NCBI GenBank assembly: GCA_044352465.1
Contig: JBILDU010000042.1
Span: 1-22,738 of the forward strand
Length of the DNA: 22,738 bases
Direction: 5' to 3'
Source: Bdellovibrionota bacterium
GTDB lineage: Bacteria; Bdellovibrionota_C; UBA2361
The notes beneath the pieces are model-generated. The model searched no databases and had not been told where the DNA came from. It saw only the letters and a program-made list of their open reading frames with translations. The position numbers were made by a program, and so were the translations under genes. Below, piece by piece: positions 1-8,119 of this stretch. Each line of letters starts with the position of its first letter. Within the stretch, counting starts at the first letter, position 1.

Positions 1-118
1 CAGTTTGGGGATTCGAACCCGCCGACTAAAAGGAGGCGGTCGCAATCCCCCCTTCTCCGCCAGTTTCTATTTAAGATTCAGTTTGGGGATTCGAACCCGC
101 CGACTAAAAGGAGGCGGT
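1..118 (+). repeat. Exact 40-bp direct repeat (1-40, 79-118; 78-bp period) flanking a tRNA-Ser-like 3' end (44-62)
   Basis: CAGTTTGGGGATTCGAACCCGCCGACTAAAAGGAGGCGGT occurs twice. The intervening sequence contains AATCCCCCCTTCTCCGCCA (T-stem 3' strand, acceptor strand, G discriminator, CCA). The repeat contains GGGGATTCGAACCC, the reverse complement of a tRNA T-arm. Confidence 0.85.
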
Positions 119-238
119 TGTCCGTCTCTCCGCACCTTATCCCTTTGAGTAAAGTTCGCTCGGGTTCTATCCGAGGGGTCTGCTCCCCCCCTGCGTGAAT
201 CGATTGACCACCCCGCCGACACCCCGTAACCTCGAGTC

Positions 239-913
239 ATGTCATCACCAAACCCCGATTGGAAACCAGGCGATAAGGTAAACTCACCGGTCACCGAGAT
301 GGTCACCCTTGATCCCCAAGCGATGACAACGCCCGATCTTTATAAACTGATGATCGGAACTATTATCCCCCGACCGATCGCCTTGGTGAGCACGGTCAGC
401 GAGGAGGGGATTTTTAACCTGGCTCCCTTTAGCTTTTTCACCGGCGTCTCAAGCAACCCTCCGTGTCTCGCCGTTTCGATCGCTCGGAAACCAAACGGCG
501 AAAAAAAAGATACGCTGAAAAATATCGAGGCCACCGATCAATTCGTGGTTAACACCACGAGCGAATGGCTCGTCGAGCCGCTTGTTCACTCAGCGGGGGA
601 TTTCCCCCCCGAGGTCGACGAAATGGCAACCGTTGGGCTTACCCCGCTTCCATCGGTAAAGGTGACCCCTCCTCGCGTTAAAGAGGCGGCGGTTCAGTTC
701 GAATGCGAGAACGTTGGGGTACTTGAAGTCGGGGAAGGGGATGCCGGCTCTTCGACACTTGTCGTTGGTCGTATCTTGCTCGCTCACGTGAGCGCCGCTG
801 CCTATAAAGATGGGAAAATCGATTTCACCGCTCTTAAGCCGGTCGCGCGACTCGGCGGGGTTACTTATTCCCTCATCGGTCAAACCTTCGACATCGCCGT
901 CCCGAAGCTTTGA
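239..913 (+). CDS. Flavin reductase-like family protein (FMN-binding split barrel)
   Basis: Motifs YKLMIGTIIPRPIALVST, NLAPFSFF, KDTLKNI, PPRVKEA, PVARLGG. Confidence 0.92.
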   Translation: MSSPNPDWKPGDKVNSPVTEMVTLDPQAMTTPDLYKLMIGTIIPRPIALVSTVSEEGIFNLAPFSFFTGVSSNPPCLAVSIARKPNGEKKDTLKNIEATDQFVVNTTSEWLVEPLVHSAGDFPPEVDEMATVGLTPLPSVKVTPPRVKEAAVQFECENVGVLEVGEGDAGSSTLVVGRILLAHVSAAAYKDGKIDFTALKPVARLGGVTYSLIGQTFDIAVPKL

Positions 914-1103
914 CAACCGCGCGAGAGCAAGCGGGGGATTCGCTCAGGCGTTGAGGCGAAGCGCAACTCTCTGAAACGACACTGAACATGTCAGAATCTT
1001 CGCGAGTTTTCCCAAGAGGGCGCGCCCTACCCCGCGGGGCCACGCAAAAAATGCTGAGCCTGCATCAAAGTCGATCTCCCTGGACCAGTTATTTTCATCG
1101 ACC

Positions 1104-1116
1104 TATCAAGTAATTA
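1104..1116 (+). promoter_or_regulatory. Putative IHF binding site
   Basis: TATCAAGTAATTA matches WATCAANNNNTTR exactly, about 60 bp upstream of a sigma54 -24/-12 element. Confidence 0.55.
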
Positions 1117-1174
1117 CCTGGCCATGACGACTATTACCGTGCAGATATTTCACGGCGCTTAGGCACCCATTCCG

Positions 1175-1189
1175 TGGCATCGCTTTTGC
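1175..1189 (+). promoter_or_regulatory. sigma54 (-24/-12) promoter of the response regulator gene
   Basis: TGGCATCGCTTTTGC has GG-N10-GC spacing and matches TGGCAC-N5-TTGC at all but one position; about 50 bp before ATG 1239. Confidence 0.7.
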
Positions 1190-1238
1190 CTTCCGACTAT
1201 CTGAGAGCTCTTGAAGTCAACCGTTTTAGCCGCCCGAG

Positions 1239-2645
1239 ATGGAAAAGATACTCCTTATTGAAGACGACGATAGCCTCCGCGAGGCTGTGTCCGCGATCCT
1301 TGAACGGGATGGTTACTCCGTCGATGCTTTCCCCGACGGCGAAAGCGGGCTCACCGCATTTAACCGCACCAACTACGAATGCATCCTCTCAGACTTCAAA
1401 CTCCCTCAAATGAACGGCCTCGCCGTGCTCGAGGCGGTGCGAGAGCGAACACGGGCCGTTCCTTTTGTCATCATGACCGCATTCGGTTCGATCGACATCG
1501 CCGTGCGAGCGATGAAATTCGGCGCGAACGATTTTATCTCAAAGCCGTTTGAACCGGAGGCGCTCTCAGCAGTAGTTCGCGACGTGATCACCCATCGCCG
1601 GATCGTCCATCGCTCAGTCGGATCGGCGCTCAGGCGGGATCGGCGTTTCCTTTCGGATTCCGCTAACACCAAAGACCTCCTTCATAAGGCAAAAAAAGTA
1701 GCTCGGGTCGACACGTCGGTTCTTATCCTCGGAGAGAGCGGCACAGGAAAGGAGCTCGTGGCCCGCTTCATCCATGAGCAAGGCCCCCGGAACCTCAAGC
1801 CCTTTATCGCGGTGAATTGCGCGGCGATTCCAGCCGACCTCCTAGAGAGTGAGCTCTTTGGACACGAAGCCGGTGCCTTTACCGGAGCTACTCAAACCCG
1901 TATCGGGATCTTTGAACTCGCCGCCGAGGGCACCATCTTTTTAGATGAAATCGGTGATATGCCCCCGGCGCTCCAGGTTAAACTCCTCCGAGTCCTCCAA
2001 GAGCGCGAGGTAAAACGTGTCGGCGGTACTAAAACGATCCGTGTAAATCCCCGCATCCTCGCCGCTACAAATCACGATATCGAAAGCGCGCTCAAAAACA
2101 GGACGTTCCGCGAGGACCTCTACTTTCGCATCGCGGTCGTCACTCTGACGATCCCCCCTCTTCGGGAGCGCCCTGATGATATCGAGCTCTTGACTCGTCA
2201 CTATACCGAAAGTTTCTGTTCAGCGATCGGGCGCGCAACTATAGAGGTTGATGCCGCAGCGAAAGCCGTACTCCACAACTACCCATGGCCGGGGAACGCC
2301 CGCGAGCTCGAAAACGTCATCGAGCGAGCGGTGATTATGGCTGAGCAGAGGATCCTTCCCGAACACCTCGGGATTACTCTTTCGGCTGGAACGACACCGA
2401 TCTCCCCCGGCTCGTATTCACTTCAAGAGACCGCAAGCCGCGCGGCACGCGAAGCTGAGATTGACTTGATCGTAAAAGTTCTCGCTGAGACCGGCGGCAA
2501 TAAGACTAAAGCTGCGCAGAAACTTGGGGTAAGCTACAAAACCCTCCTCAATAAGATACGGGATTATCGGCTTGAGGAAAAAGCATCCCGTGAGCCGCTC
2601 GATCTCCGAGATCAATCTACTCCGGTCAGCGAAATCGTGAAGTAG
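1239..2645 (+). CDS. sigma54-dependent NtrC/AtoC-family response regulator (REC-AAA+-Fis HTH)
   Basis: Receiver (LLIEDD, ILSDFKLP, FISKPF); Walker [24 protein letters not shown]; Walker B FLDEIG; WPGNARELEN; HTH NKTKAAQKLGVSYKTL. Confidence 0.95.
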   Translation: MEKILLIEDDDSLREAVSAILERDGYSVDAFPDGESGLTAFNRTNYECILSDFKLPQMNGLAVLEAVRERTRAVPFVIMTAFGSIDIAVRAMKFGANDFISKPFEPEALSAVVRDVITHRRIVHRSVGSALRRDRRFLSDSANTKDLLHKAKKVARVDTSVLILGESGTGKELVARFIHEQGPRNLKPFIAVNCAAIPADLLESELFGHEAGAFTGATQTRIGIFELAAEGTIFLDEIGDMPPALQVKLLRVLQEREVKRVGGTKTIRVNPRILAATNHDIESALKNRTFREDLYFRIAVVTLTIPPLRERPDDIELLTRHYTESFCSAIGRATIEVDAAAKAVLHNYPWPGNARELENVIERAVIMAEQRILPEHLGITLSAGTTPISPGSYSLQETASRAAREAEIDLIVKVLAETGGNKTKAAQKLGVSYKTLLNKIRDYRLEEKASREPLDLRDQSTPVSEIVK

Positions 2646-2647
2646 TA

Positions 2648-3373
2648 TCAGAAGGTGAGGGCATCTTCCTCACGCGCACCGAGTGCGACTTGGGTAAGCT
2701 CGCGCCCGCCTAAATTCTCACTTTGACGGCTCTTTAAGGCTCGAACGATCTCAAGCTGCTGTTCAATTGCAGCAGCAAGCGACCGAGCGTCGCTGCGCTC
2801 TTCTATATCACGCGGGAGTGCGCTTTGATTACCACTCTCCAGCGGTTCACTTTGAACATCGGCGCGCGGCTCATCGAGCCCCTGCCCCAGCGGGACATCC
2901 AGGATAGTGCTCGCAGACTCCTCAGCTAATTCAGCAGCTAATTCAGCTTGAAACGCCTCACGCGACCGTTCGTATTGAGTACCTCCAACAGCGGTCACTC
3001 GGTTTCGAATATCAGTCGCTGCGGCATAGGCTTCCGCATCTGAGGCACCGTTCGATCTCATCGATGCGAGCGTGCGTTGATACTCCTCTTCACCAACCTG
3101 GTTGATGCCCCGAAAATCGCTGGTGACGTCGATATTTTCTTGAGTCGATCCACCATCGGAGGTGACCGTTGCTTCAATTGAATGAGAGCGCTCGGCTGGA
3201 ACGAGGACTTGATCGGCCCACCATGCGGAATCGCCTTGGTGGCGCACCCCTGCACTTACTCGATCCTCGATCGGATTGAGGCTCGCTTTATTGAGATCGA
3301 TCCCCGTCTCTTCAATCGAAGGGGCTTCGGTCGGGCCAAGGCGGCTACCGTTATCGAGACCTAAATCGGACAT
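2648..3373 (-). CDS. Hypothetical acidic protein (241 aa)
   Basis: Long ORF filling the gap between two genes, GGAGG RBS 7 nt before ATG, Glu/Asp/Ala-rich, no recognisable motif. Confidence 0.7.
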   Translation of the reverse strand: MSDLGLDNGSRLGPTEAPSIEETGIDLNKASLNPIEDRVSAGVRHQGDSAWWADQVLVPAERSHSIEATVTSDGGSTQENIDVTSDFRGINQVGEEEYQRTLASMRSNGASDAEAYAAATDIRNRVTAVGGTQYERSREAFQAELAAELAEESASTILDVPLGQGLDEPRADVQSEPLESGNQSALPRDIEERSDARSLAAAIEQQLEIVRALKSRQSENLGGRELTQVALGAREEDALTF

Positions 3374-3537
3374 GATAAAATCCTCCGCTCCCCCATTACC
3401 GATATGGGATGGACTCTCCCCCGCGTATCATCGAAATTCTATCTCGAATCAGGATCTTAACGAAATTTTTCAGGGCTATGAAAAACAGCCCGAGGGTAGG
3501 GCTACACAAGCCTGCATCTCCTCGTCTTTCCAGGCAC

Positions 3538-4671
3538 TTAGGCCGCCATTACCCACTCCCGCAGCGCTGTTTCTAGATCACCCAGAGTCACCCGATATTC
3601 CCGATTCTTACTGATCGACTCACGCTTGAAAGCGTTTAGGCCGGCTTGATTGCATATCTCTTTGATATCCGCACACGACTTCCCCGCGGTTATTCGGGCC
3701 AACGCTCCGATATCGACGCCCTCTTCGAGGGTGAGTTTCCGAAGATAAAGGTTGAAAAGTTGGTGCCTCGCGGGAAGATCCGGGAGAGCGATCTCGATAG
3801 TCTTACTCAGTCGGCCGGCACGCTTGAGGGCTGGGTCAACGATATCGGAGCGATTTGTTGCACCGATGACGTAGAGCCCCTCAGTCTTCACGATTCCATC
3901 GATAAGCTGGAGCAGATGATTCAAAAGATTGTCGCTGTGGGAGGAGGCTGAGCCCCCCCGCCCCTTACCGATCGAATCGATCTCATCGATAAAAATCACC
4001 GCTGGCGCATGGCGGCTCGCCGCTTGAAAAAGCGCCGTGAGGTTTTTCTCCGATTCACCCACCCATTTGGAGATTACCTCGTCAGCTTTAAGAACGAAAA
4101 ACGACAGGTTTGCGGTTGCAGCGATGACCCGCGCTATCGTGGTTTTTCCAGTTCCGGGTGGACCATTAAAAAGAATTCCTTTGGGCACCTCGATGCCGTA
4201 ACGCTTTGCCGTCTTCGGGTCACGCAGGAGCTCGATGACGGTGAGGATTTCGTCTCGTACCTCCTGTGGCACGACAAGATCATCCCAGGTGAGTTTCTCA
4301 CCGCTCAGTTTTATCGGCTTCGGAGTGTAATGAGATCGACTCGCGGAAGTCCCACTAGCACCGTTGACACCCACCACGGGGCCTGTCGTTCTGAGCTTTT
4401 GATAAACAAGGATAAGTGTCAGGAGAGGGGGACCAAGATGCACGAGACGAAAGAGGACGATATCGAGACTTCCCCTTGGCACGGGGGATGAGAGCTTCAG
4501 CAACATAAAGAAAACGAGAGCTCCCGCGACGATGCCGAGGAGCAACTGTACCCGCTCGAGAAGCTCCGGACGTTGGCGGTAACCAGCACCAGCCGCAAAA
4601 AATATAAACGGCAGAAGACTAAACGCTGCAAGCGTTTCGAGCGTTAGTGCGGTGCCTTCGATAAAACCCAT
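3538..4671 (-). CDS. Membrane-anchored single-domain AAA+ ATPase
   Basis: 2-3 N-terminal hydrophobic helices; Walker A GPPGTGKT; pore loop SKWVGESE; Walker B IFIDE; SRH ATNRSDIVDPALKRAGR; no protease domain. Confidence 0.9.
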   Translation of the reverse strand: MGFIEGTALTLETLAAFSLLPFIFFAAGAGYRQRPELLERVQLLLGIVAGALVFFMLLKLSSPVPRGSLDIVLFRLVHLGPPLLTLILVYQKLRTTGPVVGVNGASGTSASRSHYTPKPIKLSGEKLTWDDLVVPQEVRDEILTVIELLRDPKTAKRYGIEVPKGILFNGPPGTGKTTIARVIAATANLSFFVLKADEVISKWVGESEKNLTALFQAASRHAPAVIFIDEIDSIGKGRGGSASSHSDNLLNHLLQLIDGIVKTEGLYVIGATNRSDIVDPALKRAGRLSKTIEIALPDLPARHQLFNLYLRKLTLEEGVDIGALARITAGKSCADIKEICNQAGLNAFKRESISKNREYRVTLGDLETALREWVMAA

Positions 4672-4927
4672 AAGCGAGCCGTTTTAACCACCTGCTCAAC
4701 CAGTTTACCCCCCCCAGACGAAGCTCATCTGCCCAGCGCCGATAGAGAATGAGCCACGCATAAACCGCCAGAATAAGCGCGCTCATACAGTAGTTATGGG
4801 GTTGTGCCCCCCTGAGGATACCCCCACAACCAACAAAACTCGCCCTCTTCGAAGAGGATAAAAGCCTGATAAAACAATTGAAATATAAATGCCGTGAATG
4901 CGGGCACCGGATCTTACGAACGGTCGG

Positions 4928-5587
4928 TCACCGAACGGTGGTACCTACCTCAGAGAAGAGAAGAGGAGTCAGACGCTCCCAAATAGGCCCGACGGGAAGA
5001 CCCTCCCCCGCGCTCACAATATCGTCCCGGCCGAGACCAAAACCGCGCGCGACGGCGACAAGTCGCTTTGTACGCTCGTTCGCCCGTAGCCGATCGACCT
5101 TCGTTGCGACAATAAGGAGGTGACACCCCGAGTTAAAAACAAGATCCCGCACGGCGAGGTCGTCGCGATCGGGATCTCGATTGCAATCGATCAAGAGGCA
5201 AACCGCTCGGAGAGAGTCGCGGGTATCGATGTATTCAACGGTCATCGCACCGAGCTCTTCCCGGCGCTCCTTTGAAAGGCGGGCGTAGCCGTATCCTGGA
5301 AGATCCACCAGGTGGAAATCCCGCTTCTTCACCCTTTCTCCAGCGATCGTCAGACGAAAGACGTTTATCTGCTGCGTTCGCCCCGGAGTCGAGCTTGTTC
5401 GAGCAAGCTTGTTGCGTCCCGCCAATCGGTTAATGAACGTTGACTTACCACTATTTGAACGGCCGATGATCGCCACTTCCGGAAGTCGATGATGCGGCAA
5501 CTCTGAAAAATACGCCGCACCGGCCACAAAGGTCGCTGCGGTGACAACCGGTGAATGATCCAGCTCCCGACCCTTGGCCTTCACCAC
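4928..5587 (-). CDS. engB: Ribosome biogenesis GTP-binding protein YihA/YsxC
   Basis: G1 GRSNSGKS, G2 TPGRT, G3 DLPGYGYA, G4 TKVD; GTG start. Confidence 0.93.
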   Translation of the reverse strand: MVKAKGRELDHSPVVTAATFVAGAAYFSELPHHRLPEVAIIGRSNSGKSTFINRLAGRNKLARTSSTPGRTQQINVFRLTIAGERVKKRDFHLVDLPGYGYARLSKERREELGAMTVEYIDTRDSLRAVCLLIDCNRDPDRDDLAVRDLVFNSGCHLLIVATKVDRLRANERTKRLVAVARGFGLGRDDIVSAGEGLPVGPIWERLTPLLFSEVGTTVR

Positions 5588-5590
5588 GTC

Positions 5591-5740
5591 TTAATCCTTT
5601 ACCCGCGCGGTATGTTCTTGAAGGCGCTTCTCAACCCGCTTCAAGCGCACGCCAAGGGAGACAATATAGACAACGAGCAAGCCCCACACGACAGAATAAC
5701 CCTGAAAAAGCGCGGGGAAAGTGTTCGGCACGGTCTCCAT
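5591..5740 (-). CDS. ccmD: Heme exporter protein CcmD (49 aa; below the ORF-track cutoff)
   Basis: Manual translation METVPNTFPALFQGYSVVWGLLVVYIVSLGVRLKRVEKRLQEHTARVKD*: one TM helix with a Y..VW..L..Y pattern and a basic tail; starts 4 nt after the ccmC stop. Confidence 0.85.
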   Translation of the reverse strand: METVPNTFPALFQGYSVVWGLLVVYIVSLGVRLKRVEKRLQEHTARVKD

Positions 5741-5744
5741 AAAT

Positions 5745-6458
5745 CTACTCCAGCGTTAATTGATCGACCCGTTGCTTGAGAATCTCGACCCGCGCGCGGT
5801 ACCAAATAAGTAACGCTTGCAGCAGCACGAGGGAAATCATCGCGATGAACATCGTGTACTCGAAGAGAGGTTCCTTCAGACCACGATTCTCGACGACTTG
5901 AGGGTGAAGCTGCGCAACATGGGGGAGAAGCTTCACCGAATACCATACCAGCGGAACGGTCACCGCGCTCACGATACCCAGGACCGCAGCGTGTTGCGGT
6001 CTCTTGGCCGAATCACCGAACGCTCTTAAGAGATTCAACCCAAAGAAGACGAGACAAAGGAGGAGAAAAGTCACGAGGCGTGGCTCCCAACGAAACCAGG
6101 TGTTCCACGCCGAATGGCCCCATATCATCCCGGTTACCATAACGATCAAGGCAAAGAGGAACCCCACCTCACCAGCCGCATGCCCAATCGCATCGGCGAC
6201 CCGGCTACGGGTCGCGAGCACCCAGAGACTTGCCACCAGCAGCACCGCGCACGCCGCGTAACACGCCATCGCACTGCCGACATGAAAGTAGAATATCCGC
6301 TGCACCGGCCCCATGAGACGTTCATTCGGTACCACAAGAAAGGTGAGGTACGTGGCGTAGCCCACACCGCAAGCCGTTCCCAAGACCAGCAGTACCTCAG
6401 CGATACGGCTGAGAGCGTCACGACCTGAAACACGAGGGCGAAGCGGATTCGAGGACAT
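5745..6458 (-). CDS. ccmC: Cytochrome c biogenesis heme exporter CcmC
   Basis: QRIFYFHV, WWD-like WGHSAWNTWFRWEPRL, QLHP. Start set at ATG 6458 (MSSNPL) because the ORF-track extension overlaps ccmB. Confidence 0.92.
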   Translation of the reverse strand: MSSNPLRPRVSGRDALSRIAEVLLVLGTACGVGYATYLTFLVVPNERLMGPVQRIFYFHVGSAMACYAACAVLLVASLWVLATRSRVADAIGHAAGEVGFLFALIVMVTGMIWGHSAWNTWFRWEPRLVTFLLLCLVFFGLNLLRAFGDSAKRPQHAAVLGIVSAVTVPLVWYSVKLLPHVAQLHPQVVENRGLKEPLFEYTMFIAMISLVLLQALLIWYRARVEILKQRVDQLTLE

Positions 6459-6481
6459 CGGGGCAGAATCTCTGAGATAAA

Positions 6482-7159
6482 TCAGTCGCGCACGACGTAC
6501 GCGATGAGGTTTAAACCGAGCACAAAGTACAATACATCGAGTCCGACAAGCAACGACAACCACGGCGAGCTCACGGGCAATCCTCCTCCCGTGACCACTC
6601 CCATCGAGAGCTCTATCGCAGCAAAAAAGAGGGGGAAGGAAAGGGGAAAGAGGAGCACAGGAAGAAGGATACCTTTCAATCGAGAGGTGCTTGAGACCGC
6701 ACCTAAGAGGGTGGTGAGCGCGGCAAAACCGCCCACCACAAGCACCGACACGACAAGAAATTCGGGGAACTGCGCGAATAGCGGAACATCGAGGAGGATG
6801 CCGAGTGCCACGAGATTCAACAGCTGCCCGATCCCCATAATGAGAGCGCTCACGAGCCACTTCGAAACGAAGATGAGAGCAGGTGAGCGACCCGCCAAGA
6901 GGATTCCCTCGATAGCCATGTGCTCGAGCTCGGGTTCATACATTCGAGTTGCCGCCGTCGTGGCTGAAAAAAGAAAAGAGATCCACACGAGTGCAGGAAA
7001 GAGGCGGGTGATAACATCGCCACCAACAAACGCACTGTTAACTCCGAGCGCCGCAACTACCGCGATCACGAGCGCCAGGAATAGGTTTACCCCCAACGTT
7101 TCCTTTGTACGAAGCTCGATCCTCAAATCTTTTAACAGCAGTGCGCCAACCCCCCTCAT
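6482..7159 (-). CDS. ccmB: Heme exporter membrane protein CcmB
   Basis: LLLKDLRIELR start, six TM helices, LLPVLLFPL motif; lies between ccmA and ccmC. Confidence 0.92.
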   Translation of the reverse strand: MRGVGALLLKDLRIELRTKETLGVNLFLALVIAVVAALGVNSAFVGGDVITRLFPALVWISFLFSATTAATRMYEPELEHMAIEGILLAGRSPALIFVSKWLVSALIMGIGQLLNLVALGILLDVPLFAQFPEFLVVSVLVVGGFAALTTLLGAVSSTSRLKGILLPVLLFPLSFPLFFAAIELSMGVVTGGGLPVSSPWLSLLVGLDVLYFVLGLNLIAYVVRD

Positions 7160-7863
7160 CGGTTCACCTCCCGATAGAACGCGATGACATCATCCCCAGA
7201 GCTCGTCGCCGAATCAGCAGCGATCGTGCCTCCCTTGAGCACGATGACGCGATCAACTTTTCCTCTCACTCGGGCGATGTCGTGGCTCGCGATAACCACA
7301 CCACCACCACGCTCTCCGGCGAGGCAAGCGGCGATTTCGTTGAACAAGATATCGACCGACCGGTCATCAAAAGAGGCGGTGGGCTCATCGAGAAAAAGGT
7401 AGCGGGGTCTGGCTACCAGCGCTCGACACACCGACAAGCGAAACTGCTGCCCCCGCGAAAGCTCGGGAAGCATCTTCTTTCGAACCTCTCCCAGCCCCCA
7501 CCGTTCGAGCGAATGAGCGACATCGGCGGTCCCTCTCCCCACAAGTCTCGTCGCAAAATCCAAGTTCTCCTCGACGGTGAGGTAGCGATAGAGCATCAGT
7601 TGGTGCCCGACGTAGCCAAACGGCTCACCCCCGGGGATTCCACTCATCCCACCCACATCGGGGGGGGTGAGCCCCGCCAAGATACGCAACAGAGTTGATT
7701 TTCCCGCTCCGTTTGGACCGAGGAGAAGGAGCTTTTGAGATGGCGGAACGGTAAGATCGATCCCCTTGAGCACAGCGGTTTTTCCGAAGCTCTTACGGAC
7801 GCCCCGGAGTTCGATTCCCGCGCTCACTGGACTAACGGGATTCAAGCCCATCGATTCGCTCAA
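7156..7863 (-). CDS. ccmA: Heme ABC exporter ATP-binding protein CcmA
   Basis: GPNGAGKSTL, YVGH..LY..LTVEENL, signature LSRGQ, YLFLDEP; 4-nt overlap with ccmB. Alternative start ATG 7851. Confidence 0.88.
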   Translation of the reverse strand: MSESMGLNPVSPVSAGIELRGVRKSFGKTAVLKGIDLTVPPSQKLLLLGPNGAGKSTLLRILAGLTPPDVGGMSGIPGGEPFGYVGHQLMLYRYLTVEENLDFATRLVGRGTADVAHSLERWGLGEVRKKMLPELSRGQQFRLSVCRALVARPRYLFLDEPTASFDDRSVDILFNEIAACLAGERGGGVVIASHDIARVRGKVDRVIVLKGGTIAADSATSSGDDVIAFYREVNR

Positions 7864-8119
7864 GAATAGTCGCCAGCTCGATACTCAACCGATTTTTGGT
7901 TTGCTCGTAGTCGGCGACCGAGATCTTTCCCGTCGTAAAATCGAGCTCTAAGTCGCGGAGGACCTGAATACACCGCGCTTTTTGATCGGCGAGCGTTGTC
8001 GCAAGTTCCTCACCATCAACTAAACCCGACGTACCGTCATCGAGCACCAGGTACGGACGCACGAGAAACCAAGCGACAAAGGCAGCCAGAAGGATACTCG
8101 CCAGAAGCGCGACACTCAT
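7832..8119 (-). CDS. Small CcmI-N-like membrane protein
   Basis: N-terminal TM ending LVRP, followed by LRDLELDFTTGKISVADYE, which resembles the CcmI N-terminal segment; overlaps the ccmF stop. Confidence 0.7.
   Translation of the reverse strand: MSVALLASILLAAFVAWFLVRPYLVLDDGTSGLVDGEELATTLADQKARCIQVLRDLELDFTTGKISVADYEQTKNRLSIELATILERIDGLESR

Noticed and set aside
1..62. Complete tRNA gene
   Set aside because: Only the T-stem 3' strand, acceptor strand and CCA are present; there is no D or anticodon arm on either strand.
1..118. CRISPR array (40-bp repeat, 38-bp spacer)
   Set aside because: Only two copies are visible, the 'spacer' is a tRNA 3' end that pairs with the repeat, and there are no cas genes in the window.
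3538..4671. FtsH protease
   Set aside because: Too short and lacks the HExxH M41 domain.
6459..6860. 134-aa N-terminal extension of CcmC in the ORF track
   Set aside because: Out-of-frame overlap with ccmB and implausible Arg/Cys-rich composition; the real start is ATG 6458.
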